DNA of 62,020 nt, filler included, from Intoshia linei (Eukaryota; Animalia; Orthonectida): the NCBI GenBank assembly GCA_001642005.1. It is 4 parts of 4 records of this genome, joined end to end, with 100 filler letters (N's around TTAATTAATTAA, not from the genome) between each part and the next. Parts side by side here need not be neighbours in the genome. Positions count along the whole stretch, not along the records: positions 44,167 to 60,503 come from LWCA01000871.1; positions 60,604 to 62,020 come from LWCA01002628.1; 2 more parts are not named here. One strand, written 5' to 3'. The notes beneath the pieces are model-generated. The model was given only the letters and a program-made list of their open reading frames with translations. It was not told the origin of the DNA and ran no database searches. Position numbers and translations under genes: made by a program. The stretch's first letter is position 1. Each line of letters starts with the position of its first letter. This document shows positions 50,364-62,020 of this stretch, in pieces.

Positions 50364-51540
50364 CAGTGTTTCCCAATCCTTTTTGGAGATAACACCAAAA
50401 TTAATATTTTTGTTAAATTATATATTTTAAATTCCGATTTTTATATACATGTATTTAAATTATTCTCATTTAGTATCTGAAATGGTATATATACTATATA
50501 CTCAACCGGGGGGTCGCAGCTAGTGCTTGCAATTTCTCAAAAAAAATTAACTCATACCGTTAGTAATACAATAAAAATTTTTAATTATGGAAAAACTAAA
50601 AGTACTAACAGTTCCAAAATTGTTAATATTTTTGAAATAATGAAGGATTACAATCTGGTATTAATTGGTTAACTTTAAAATCTTAAATAAAACATCCAAA
50701 GTAGAAGAAAAATGCGATTTATTTAACATTTTTTATCATCGCAACTTCCATATATAGGAATAAGTCCAAGATAAAAGTCATTTTTGAGACTAAAGATGTA
50801 TATTCAAATATTTTTATTTTTAAAACTGGTCCACTCATCAAATGATATTTTTGACCATTACATTTTATCTTAAAAATTTTTTGAATTATTTGTCTTCTAA
50901 TTTTTTCAAAGTGTTTACAAGATTAATGACACAGTTTTGAGATATAGGCAGGCCTATTGGTCTAAAATTTGATAATCCATCGTACGCAATCAATTGACTT
51001 CAACTCTTTCGTGGGTATCATCATTTTTTAAAATACACTGTTATATTGGGATTTTTTGTTTGTTTTTTTATTTACAGGTTCACCCAATGATTTGATCATA
51101 AATTGTATGTGTGTTAAGTGACCATGTAAACCAGGTGTAGAAGAATTTTTATAATTCATAATTTTACTCCAAATAGAGCATTTTGCCTTTTCGTTTTCTC
51201 ACTTAAAAGAGTTCGATTAAAATCTCACAATGAACACACCACATTGTGGGCACAATTGATTGATTGCCATCACTGTTATATATCGTGAGATAAATTTATT
51301 CAAGAAATACAATTTAGTTTTTTTCAAAATGAATGTATGTATTATAATAATTATCGGTTTCTTCTATAGATCTTCATAGTGATACTAAGATATCACTACA
51401 ATCTCAGAAATTAGTGCCTTCGCTTTTTACCATCATTAAATCATTAGTCGATGAAATGATTTATATATTCTTTAGGGAGCCCGTAAAAAAAGTTTGGTTG
51501 ACATAAGGGAGCCGTGTCGTTGTACGTTTAAGAACCACTG
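50364..51540. mobile_element. Probable hAT-family remnant
   Basis: Ends CAGTGTTTCCCAA / TTAAGAACCACTG with subterminal GGGAGCCG motifs; no clear TSD. Confidence 0.45.
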
Positions 51541-52060
51541 GTATATTCTATAAATTCTTAAAAGTAGAGGAATTTGAAGTATGCTCTAACTTGAGAGACA
51601 CTGAATCAGTAAATGAAATATGAATTTAATATACCTTGAAATACCTTTTTCATTAAATTATCTAAGGTGTTCATTTTAGTAGAATTTACTTCTAAATTAT
51701 TAAGATACAACATTCTGTCATTAATCTATTATAACAGGGTTTCACACCAAGCCCTCCCGCACCAACCTAGATCCACTACTGGGTGTATACCAGGGCGGCA
51801 ACCTTTTGCATCTCGTTGGCAACTTTTTTATATATAAAAAATTCTACAGGTCCCGTTTTTGAAAATTCAGTATTAAAATGATTATAATGAGCCAATTGTA
51901 CAATTGTAGTAGAAAAGTTTTAAAACTTAATTTCTTAATTTATGTAGAATTTAAAAAAAAATTTCTAAAGACATATATACGTAATTAATATCAATACGTA
52001 AACAATAGTGTTAATTAAAATACTGTGCACAAAATTTTGACTAACTTATGCCTAAAAAAA

Positions 52061-55000
52061 CTAAATTATAAATTGGTATATTATATGGTATATATTGCAG
52101 ATTTGCCATGATATATGCTTAATATGGAAAATTATCCATAACATAATATAATACTGTAATTTAAATTTATTACGTGGAAAACATTCCACAAAGCATCTCT
52201 GAGATTCAAAGTATACTCCAATGCATTTATCAGTCCCATATGCACAACTTCGCACTTTGTATTTGTCTCCAAAACCACATTCAACATCACAGTTACTCCA
52301 ATCATTCCATGGCCTCCAACCTGTATATATAATTTTATTAATAATACGTTGTATAATTAATAATTATTATTAAATATGATAACTTGTCTGTTATGTAGTT
52401 TTCTACAAAAACAAACATAGCTGGCTCGGCCCAAGTAGACAATACCTGTGGATTTAACATTTAATTTTCCTTCAAATCGACGTATTGTTTCGGCAGCAAG
52501 TTCAAATAAACGTTGTCGTATACTATTAACACAGGCGTGTACATTACAATCTAAGTACATATTATTGAAAATTTATTAAACCGACAATATAATATATTAT
52601 ATAAACACTGATTTATTAAAATTCCAATTAAAAATTTAAAAGTCCTCAAATGCTATTAACCCGTTAATTTTTACTTCAGCCCCTTAATTCTAAGTTCAAA
52701 TCGCCATTTTTGTTTTAATATATATTTTTAGTATATGTTTATTTAAAAATCACATTTAACCCAACTCAACTTTCATTTTTTTTATGAGACCAGAGTTTCC
52801 AAAGTAAAAAAGTTTTACAATGTATTAATTAATATTACATCTCCTTCTAGTAGATTTTTTGACTGGACATGGTTTACCCCAACCTTCTTCGCCTAACTAA
52901 ATAATACATTAACTAATTATAATTATTGATTATTGTATAACTTATCCTACTTAAGGGCTTTTGAAAATATTATATAGTATGACGAATAGAGTTAGTGTCA
53001 ATTTTGGTGGATTTTTTTGAAAAAATATATATTACATCAGTATTATAAATACAACTTCTCGTAGAAACTTGTTCTCCCGTTCCACAATTATGATCACAAG
53101 GAAGCCAGTCGTTCCAATTTCCAAATATACCTACAACATGTTTATTTTAATTCTTTTTTCACTGTTATTATTTTAAATCCAAAAATATAATTATTTTGAT
53201 TCATGCATCAAAAATAATTGCAGTAATTGCGTAATTACATAATTGACCTCAGCGTCATAAAAATATTCTACTGCTAATCCTACTACTATTTTTGGATTAT
53301 ACACCACATTGTGTATGTTATAAGTTATAACAATATATAATATTGCCCATAACTAAAACAAATTTTTGCAAAAAATTTTGGAATAGAAATTTATTAATTT
53401 CTGCGCAGAAAGAAATGATTCAGGTTTTTGTTTTTTAAATTTCTGACTGTCAGTAAGTTAAGACAGACAAACATTTTTATCAACTTTTACTTTATATATA
53501 AGTAAGCAAAACTCATTTATAACAGATTCTAACTAGGCCAGACCGTGGAAAGTTAACTAGACAGAATGGTCCGTTCAGATGGAATGATACACTTTTACCT
53601 ATTGAAAATATTTTAGGTCCTCTCTCCATTGTATAATCCAAAAATTGAAAAACTTTTTTCAGTGTTACTCTACTGGATTAAAATTGTACAAAATACAAAT
53701 TATTCAATGTGGCCAGTTTTCAGTGAACACATAATTCATCGTTATGATTAAAATGTAAGTAAAAATAAAAAATAATCAAATTAATTATAATAAAATACCA
53801 AATTTAGTCCAGGGCCCAAAAGTTAAAATTTCTATCTTCCCTCCAAAAAAAACTTCAGCGCCCCTAGATGCTCGCTACCACCCACATTAGGCATCATTGA
53901 TATATACTAATATATTATATCACATTTAAATTATTATTACAAGAGTAATTAATAATAATAGTTATTAATAATTTGATACATATAATGATTAATTGAACAA
54001 TAATACATTATAATAACCTTTTCATTGTAAATTTTAAGTCATAATTAGTTAATAAAATACCATTAACTAGACAGATAGTATCGTTACACGTTTTCCATTC
54101 ATAACGTGTTCCAACACAATAATTACCCTTTTCGCTGCATGAGCGAGTTCTATTTTGTTTTCTATTTGTACCACATCTCGGGTAACAATCATCCCAAGTT
54201 TCCCAGTTTAACCAATATGGAAGTTCTGATTAAATATTTAGCATGTAAAAGTATTTTATATACTTGTAGCACATTTACTGTCTGAATATCCCTGATTACA
54301 CACACATATTGCATTGTTAGTAGATGCTCTAAAAATACCAATAAATGAAATAAATCAATTATGTAAACAGAAATTTTCAATTGTGAGCCATTTTTGGTTA
54401 TTCATGGTTATATGTTTGATAAAATTACCCTAAATAACCTAAAATAATGGCAAATAGAATACTCGTTTACTATGGCGAAAACATACGTAAAAATTAAATA
54501 TGATTATAAATAAATTACACGCAAACACCATTTATACATAAAATTCCTTCGCACATTGCCTCATAGACTTGACAATCTGAGTAAGAATTTGACGGGTTAT
54601 CTAATTATAATTAATTTTGAATATTTTAACTTTTTGTGACTTAACACTAACTTACCGGTGTAACCGCTGTGACATATGCAATAATATAAATCTGTTCCAA
54701 TCGACCCTATACATTTTCCATTATAGCCACACTTTTCTGTTCCAACAATTTGATTGACATTGGGCCATATGCACGGGTCTCGAGGTAATTTACATTGTAA
54801 CCCCATAAATTGGGGTTGACAAATACATTTAAAGTTGCCCTCTTCTGGTGTTAAAACCTTAAGTAATATATAAATATATTATTTGAATTTAATATAATGT
54901 TAAACTATATTGAAAAGTCCACTATTCAATACTTTCTGGTTAAAACATGTTTTGTATTATTGTTTTAGTAAGATAGATAACATACAATAAGATAATAAAA

Positions 55001-55634
55001 AGTAAGATTACTTGGCAGCTGATGGAATTGTTTTTAATGCACGAATTTTCGTCTTTACACACATCGATCCGTGAACATTCTTCCCTTTGTGAATTCCATT
55101 CATAGCCAAATTTACACTCGCATGTATAATCATAATTGTAGAATCCTCCATTGATAATTGTGCACACATTTCCCAAGGATTGATAAATAAAATTACACGG
55201 ATTTCTTTTACAAGGATCTGATTATAAAAAATTACATTACAATTTGAAAAAAATACTTGGGCAAAGTTCTCCATTCAATTTTTTGATTAAACAGCCAGTA
55301 TAGGAATATATAATGGACTAAAAACAAATTTAATGGATCGTTTTGTAAATTCAACCAAATCCTCATTATTTGTCGTGATAAAATGTTTTATCGTCCTATC
55401 AATAATTACATTCCACTCAGTAAAAACAACAGGTTTTCCAAATATAAGAAATAATTGTCGATCACGAAGTGAGTTTGTTAGATATGTAATATCTAAATAT
55501 TTGGGAAATCCATAAGCGAATATGGTATATTTTATATTAACGTAGTTCTCCAAGATAACAGGGTTCCAAGTAGTTGGGTCAGTTGCACGCAAGATAATGA
55601 AAAAAAATTGTATTAAAAAATTTTGTGAAATCAT
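52061..55634 (-). CDS. Extracellular protein with signal peptide, EGF-like repeats and three thrombospondin type-1 repeats (multi-exon)
   Basis: EGF motifs YTCECKFGY, FKCICQPQFMGLQC, YYCICHSGYTG. TSP1 motifs WETWDDCYPRCG..RTRSC, WNDWLPCDHNCGTG, WRPWNDWSNCDVECGFG..RSC. Hydrophobic N- and C-termini. Confidence 0.85.
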
Positions 55635-55719
55635 TGATAAATTAACGCTGTCTAATAATTTTTGTATAAATGTACGTAAAGTTAAATGATATTGCGTTCA
55701 GAAAAAATTTCGAACAATT

Positions 55720-56410
55720 TCAAAAAAAATGTGCATTGAACGTCTACACATTTCCAATAAGGAAATATGGGTGAGAATCTATATAATTCATTCCTTCGGA
55801 ATTAATTTCATTGATACACAATTTTTAAATTTCAAATTCGCATTTTTAAAACATTTTGAATAAAAACTACAACAACGAAACTAAAAGTCATACAATTTTG
55901 TTAATATAATTTTTATATTTATTACAATCCTTTGCAATATTGGTAAAATTCGACTGAAATATGTTTATAAAGTGTAGGAATCTACACTGTAGCTGTATTC
56001 ACTGTAGATTCAGTTAATTATTGATACACAATTGGTATTTTTAACTATTTATTAAATTGGTACTGACAATAAATATATACTGTGAATATATATCGTCACA
56101 TTGAAAATGACAAAATAGGTCTTTATGCTATTTATGACAATTTTTAGGATTGGAATGTTTTTACTTTATTTTTAATATTATACACACATTCTGTCTAATA
56201 AATTAAAAAGTTTTAACTTTATTTTTAATATTATACACACATTCTGTCTAATAAATTAAAAAAATGATATAACAATTGTTTTTAAAATTCTTTACGCAAA
56301 TGTTAACAAACAAAATTAAGATTGAATAATTCACTTTAAAGTAAAAAGTAGTGTGATATGATGGTTCCACCTGAAACAAATTTGGGATTCACTCTTTTAA
56401 AGGATTGATA
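55720..56410 (+). mobile_element. Helitron-like repeat fragment with a ~60-bp internal tandem duplication
   Basis: Homologous to 7250-7820; duplicated segment at 56160-56260. Confidence 0.7.
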
Positions 56411-57733
56411 TTTAGTATGTAGTCCGTTGAAGTGACAATGGACTTGATTCTTCTTGGAACACTCTTGTATAGGTTTTGTATATAAGAATTTGGTATTTTA
56501 TTCCATTCATCTAATAGATTCTAATGCGACCATCCATAAGATTTCGACATTGCTTGGCTGTCTAATTTTAATATTTTGTGTTAATATGTGGCACATATTT
56601 TCTATATTTATATCAGGGCACTGCGGCGGCCAGTTTTCTAAGAGTTAAATCTTTCTTGAACTTAAATATTACATACTTTTTAAAGACTTATGGCACGGTG
56701 CATTATCCTGCTGAAAAATAGATCTTCTCAATAAAAAACTTGACGATATGGTATACAGAATTCTGATATATTCATTGGAATCTATATTACAATTCCACCT
56801 TACAAGAATTCGTTATCCATCATGTCGAATAGCACCCGATACTATTATGGAAGGAGAATATTTTAATGTATTTGAAATCAAATCTTTTACCTTTAGGCCT
56901 TCTTACGTACGATTTTGTGGTGGATATTAGTTGGATTTTGCTTTCGTCGGTAAATATAACCTTTGACCAATCCAAATCACTCCATACCAAATATAATCGA
57001 CACAACAACAGCCTTTTTTTAATATTACGCGTTGATAATAATGGTGTTTTAGCAGATATTCTTCCGAATAGGTTGTTTTTGCCAAGATATCTTCTTACCG
57101 TTTCTGTGTTATGGTCACAGATGATCCCAATCAGTCTCTTTTCACATAAGAAGCAGTTTTACTAGGAAACTTTCGAGACTCATTGCATAAAAGACGTTCA
57201 TCTCTTATAGATAGTATAGGAGGACGGCCCGACCTTGGCTTATCTTCAACAAATTGTATTTTTTAATTATTTCGACAACAGAATGCCTTGAAATTTTAAG
57301 ATCTCTAGCAATTTTGTGTTTGGAAATCCCTCCTTTGTGAAGCTCAACTATTTTCTTTCTAATTGTTAATATCCTAGTCATGATGTCTACTGTTTAAAAT
57401 AAAATACAATATATAATAAATAACATTACTAAATCAGAATATGTACAATTAAAAAAAACCTTGAAATTTTCAATTGTATTTATGCTTATTTTTAAAAAAA
57501 TTGTTAGGGGGTTCAAGACTTTTGACCGATGATATATTTGAATATTAACTTTATAATTTAATCAGATAAATATTGAAAGTAACCGTGAAAATAATATATT
57601 TTTCGATAGAATATTTAGTTGTTTGTTGTTTACATAATGGTTTTTAAATTACTAAAAACGATTTACTAGTTTTTGTGCTATCCAACAAAATCTATCATTT
57701 TGTTGGGTGGTCCAAGACTTTTGACCGGCACTG
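56411..57733 (-). mobile_element. Tc1-like transposon remnant
   Basis: TA|CAGTGCCGGTCAAAAGTCTTG terminus at 57733 with an inner repeat at ~57510. Motifs WSKVIFTDESKI, FQQDNAPCH, ENWPPQCPD. Confidence 0.9.
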
Positions 57734-57940
57734 TAAGTACTTATGGACACACTAGCTTAGGGGGAGATTTTAAAAAAAGGTGAGAACTCCTGTTCTAGCT
57801 AAAAAGCAACTAAGGAATGAACAATTTACATTATAATTGAAAGAAAATTGATGACCCTTGTCCCACATTGTGAAACGTTGATGTAGACCTATTATAAATT
57901 ACAAGTGAGTAATCAATTAAAATTTTATTAAAATAAACAT

Positions 57941-58836
57941 TTATACAGTTTTCATTGCGTATTGTAACAGTTGGTTTAATTCAATAAAATGTTTCGCTTT
58001 ATTGCCTGTGGCAGTAGCTGCGGCAGATGATCTTCCAATGTAACTAAATAGAATAAACTAATGTAATTTAAAAATTTACCCAATTGTTTTATTACTACTA
58101 CTCGTTGTATTCAATTCAGATAATAAGGTATTGAATCGTGGTTGAATGTATGACCAAGCACCCATGTTTTTATGTTCTTCTTGTACCCATTCAATCTTTG
58201 CAAAGGGAAATAATTCAATTTCCTTTTTTATCATGTCGTACGGGAAAGGTGAGATCTAAATACAAAAATAGTATATGTAAATTTAGTGTTAAATTTACTT
58301 GCTCAACTCTGCATATAGCAATTTCTTCGTTCAACTCTGAATTGTTTCTTTCTTTAAACAAATCATAATAAACTTTTGACGTACAAAATATTAACTTTTT
58401 AACGTTAAAAGGTTGATGAGTAGAAACACCAGTTTCTGGTATTATGCGTTGAAATTCAGTTCCCGTAATGATATCTTTAAAGCTAGATCTAACATCTGGG
58501 TGTCTGAGTAGTGATTTTGGGGTCATTACAATTAACTATAAAATCCAAATAACTAAAGTGAATACATTAAATTACTGGTTTTCGAAATGGTAAAGCCATT
58601 TGACGTCTAATGAGGTGAAACATGTTGGCAGGTGTTGAAGGAGCTGCAACAATCCAGTTAATTTCATGCATTTGTTGCATATGAAAATCTTGATTGAACA
58701 ACTATTTTTATTTTTTAATTACTTTGTATTTATGTGAAAGGTTAGAGTTAAAAATAAAATATACCGGATGGACATCTGAATCATCGTTACACATTTGTAA
58801 GAATCTGCTTAGACGTGCATAAGAATGTTCTGGACC
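57941..58836 (-). CDS. OGDH: 2-oxoglutarate dehydrogenase E1, 3' exons
   Basis: [91 protein letters not shown]; stop at 57941. Confidence 0.95.
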
Positions 58837-60503
58837 CTAAAATATAATATACTTTTATATTTAGAGAAATTAAGTGAATAGTCGTAACTTAAATTAACGT
58901 TAATTTTAACTTCAAACAAGAGTATTCATTATGATAAAGGTTAGCCTTTATCCCGCCAATATTCCAAAAATGGAACATGTTTTTCAGGTTTGTTAACAGT
59001 ACATTATTAATTGTTTACTATCTATTTTATCAGCTCAATAAAGAATCTATATTATTATCTATGATCCCTGAGAAACATTAATATTTTATATCCCTTGGTT
59101 GATGTTTAAGAGAATCGAGAACATTGATTGATTTTTGATTCTCCATCAAATGTATAATACTGAAAATTTAATTGTAAAATTATATAAATGACTATAATAT
59201 GGTGACCGTATTAATACAATAAAAACCAATCTTCCTAAAAAGGAACAATGGATGTTTCCCAGTAAGTTTTGATAATTATGATTAATTTAATACCAAAAAA
59301 GTTACTTTTACATGATTTTCCCGTTTCATATCTGTAGTTCTGAGCCATTTTTATTATTAACGACATCGATGAAAATTATCAAAATAAAACCTGATAATAA
59401 AAGGTAATCCTCCAAAGACGCCTATTATCTATAGTGAAATTCATTTGAGCGATGTATTATTGGAGCAACATAATCATCGATTCTACTAATTTATCATATT
59501 TTAAAGAAATTTTTGTGAGTTTTTTTAGGTAAAATTTTTTCGCTCAATTTTTCGACCGAAATCTTGAAGAATTTTTAAGGGAACAATTTTTTAACCGTAT
59601 TTTTAAAGATTTTGAATATACTTGAAAATGTTAAAAACATTCCCTTAAAAACCTTACAAAATTTTGGTCGAAAAATAACCTTTAAAATATTTAAAAAATG
59701 TTCCCTTAAAAACCCTTCAAAATTTTTGATCAAAAAAATTATGAAATCTTTAAAAATTCGGTGAAAAAATCAATAATATGATTAATCAGCAAAATTTATG
59801 ATAATATCGCTCTAAGTCTTAGACTAAGACAGTGATGGTAAGACTTTTCAGTTGATGTGTAAAAAAAATTTTGTAGTTTTTTTTCTAGCTGTGTCACATT
59901 TAAATGATAACATTATACATTAGGGTAGACATAATTTCAATATTTATGAATTTCTGATAGGACAAGATCCAAAAGTTTTCGTTTTGTATAGCAGACATAA
60001 AATCCAAAATCTTACCAAAATTTAAAAAGTTTATAAGGGTGCTCAAGGGCACAGAATATCAAATTATTATTTAAATGAATAATAAGAGTATTACTTATAT
60101 AATCGAATTAAGTCTAAAATAGCCAAATAAGGTTCATTTAATAGTTTTAATTCTAGAATAAAATTGTGATATTTTTATTGTGAATTTTTTATACATAATT
60201 ATTAAATTTAGTCAAAACTCTATTTTCTAAATTTTTAAAGTTTTTGCATGTCGGCCAACGTTATCCATCAATGCAAGAGATCTTTCGCATATCTCATTGG
60301 TGACTTAACGACGTTAAGAGTATTACTTACTCATATAATCAAATTAATTATAGAAAAGCCAAATAAGGTTCAATTAATAATTTTGAATGTAGAATAACAT
60401 TTAAATCGTTAAATTTTAATTAATTAACAATGAATTTTAAATAAAATTTTGATATTTTTATTGTGAATTTTTTATACATAATTATTAAATTTAGTTAAAA
60501 CTC

Positions 60504-60603
60504 NNNNNNNNNNNNNNNNNNNNNNNNNNNNNNNNNNNNNNNNNNNNTTAATTAATTAANNNNNNNNNNNNNNNNNNNNNNNNNNNNNNNNNNNNNNNNN
60601 NNN
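60504..60603. other. Assembly gap with stop-codon linker
   Basis: N run + TTAATTAATTAA + N run. Confidence 0.98.
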
Positions 60604-61780
60604 CATCCATGTTGGATGTACAACATATAGTTATTCTTTCTTTGCTAGTTTTTTTTCTTTCGAAAAGGGTTGCTAATGTATTTCTGGTCATTTTACGTCA
60701 TTCCAACCCTGTTTCATCCATATTATAAATTTAACAGTGAGATCCTTTTAGATCCTTTGTTATATTGACTGTAATTATATAAGTTTTTTATTATCACAAA
60801 AATATTGGTTCACATACGGCGTTAACTTGAATATGACAAAAACAAGGCCCTCAAGTCACATAAATCAGTATTGATTGATATAAAATTAAATTATGTATGG
60901 ATTAATTGTCATTATACAATTTCATTGTAACAATATTAAATCTTATTTTTTTTTAAATAGATATGTATAATACAGTATTGTAGTGGAGTATTAAACTTTG
61001 AGAAAAAATAAAATTTAATTTAATTTTTATTTCCAAAAGAAAATAAATTATTTAACAAATTAGTATTGGAGGCTACACTTTTTTCATTTTTAAAGCTATC
61101 CGAATAAATCTAAAACACAATATAATTAAATTTGAAACATATAAGTGCTACTCACAGAGCCGAATCTAGCATGGTCAATGGCCATAGCCCAAAAAAGTAA
61201 ACATAGGGTTCTAAAAATTATTTATCAAACGATGCATAGATTCCATCCAACCTAAACACCTTTCCACAGGTCAGGGCTCAGCAGTTTAAATTTAACAACA
61301 ACAATAGTTAATATTCAAAAATTTCGTGGAGGCCCGACGAGGGTCTCGGTCTATAGGTTCAAGTTCAAGTAGCTATCAAACCTGTTACCCGTGAAAATTT
61401 TTTTTGTAGAGTATTATTCTCATTTCGTATAATGTACCCCAAATAAGGTCATTACAATTTTTAATTTGATCCTCTGAAAATCAAATTTGATTAAATTTAA
61501 TGTAGATGTTTATTTATCGTATAATAAAATGTACATCATTATATTTATGTAGCATTCATTAAATCTATAATACCTCTTGACTATGGACATATGGTAAAAC
61601 CTCTTAATAAACTATAAAGTGGCAAATTGTCAAAATTAGTGACGACTTATTAATCATTAATTGAAGGGCTAAACATAATTAAAAATAGAAATTATAATGC
61701 TCCATTAAAATAATAAAATTTCTCCACTGGAAGGAATTATCCAAGTTGAGAACCATTGGTATAACGTAATTATATAAATA

Positions 61781-62020
61781 CTAGCTGGACTGTTATGTAC
61801 TACGTACAAACAGCACCTAGCTTTGCCGAGGGCACATTTTTATTATACCAAAAAAATAAATTCACGTTGAAAATCTAACTTAAAAATCCACTATTCACTA
61901 TTATCGATTCCTTTAAAGGAGTGGTTCTCAAATTGTTTCAGGTGGAACCATCATATCACATTACTATTACTTTAAAGTTAATTATTCCATCTTAATTTTT
62001 TGTTTGTTAACATTTGCGTA
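61781..62020 (-). mobile_element. Helitron-like repeat 3' end
   Basis: CTAG terminus at 61781; near-identical to 16580-16840. Confidence 0.8.

Noticed and set aside
60085-60503. ~140-bp direct duplication next to a gap
   Set aside because: Lies at a contig end within repeat sequence; likely a TE-internal repeat or an assembly artefact.

Overview
Very AT-rich, intron-containing animal genomic DNA. The Lox5 'KLTGP' signature points to a spiralian, and the short introns and divergent proteins suggest a compact, fast-evolving genome such as an orthonectid (inference). The window joins four contigs with 100-bp N/TTAATTAATTAA linkers. Genes: an unidentified multi-exon + strand gene, the first two coding exons of RAD51, a solitary central-class Hox gene (Lox5), a secreted MAM-like protein, a long Asn-rich ORF, a 3-hydroxyacyl-CoA dehydratase (HACD), a disrupted KH-domain remnant, an EGF+TSP1 extracellular protein, and the 3' exons of 2-oxoglutarate dehydrogenase E1. 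Transposons are dense: five Tc1-like remnants, about 10 copies or fragments of one non-autonomous Helitron-like family, several hAT MITEs, a hATm remnant, foldback-like arrays, and a compact 3.6-kb Gypsy LTR element. The two most notable observations are (1) the Gypsy element has no tRNA primer-binding site but instead a sequence complementary to its own LTR, which suggests self-priming, and (2) the isolated Lox5 gene has an intron-split homeobox, a long Asn-rich N-terminus and intronic Hox/Pbx-type motifs.
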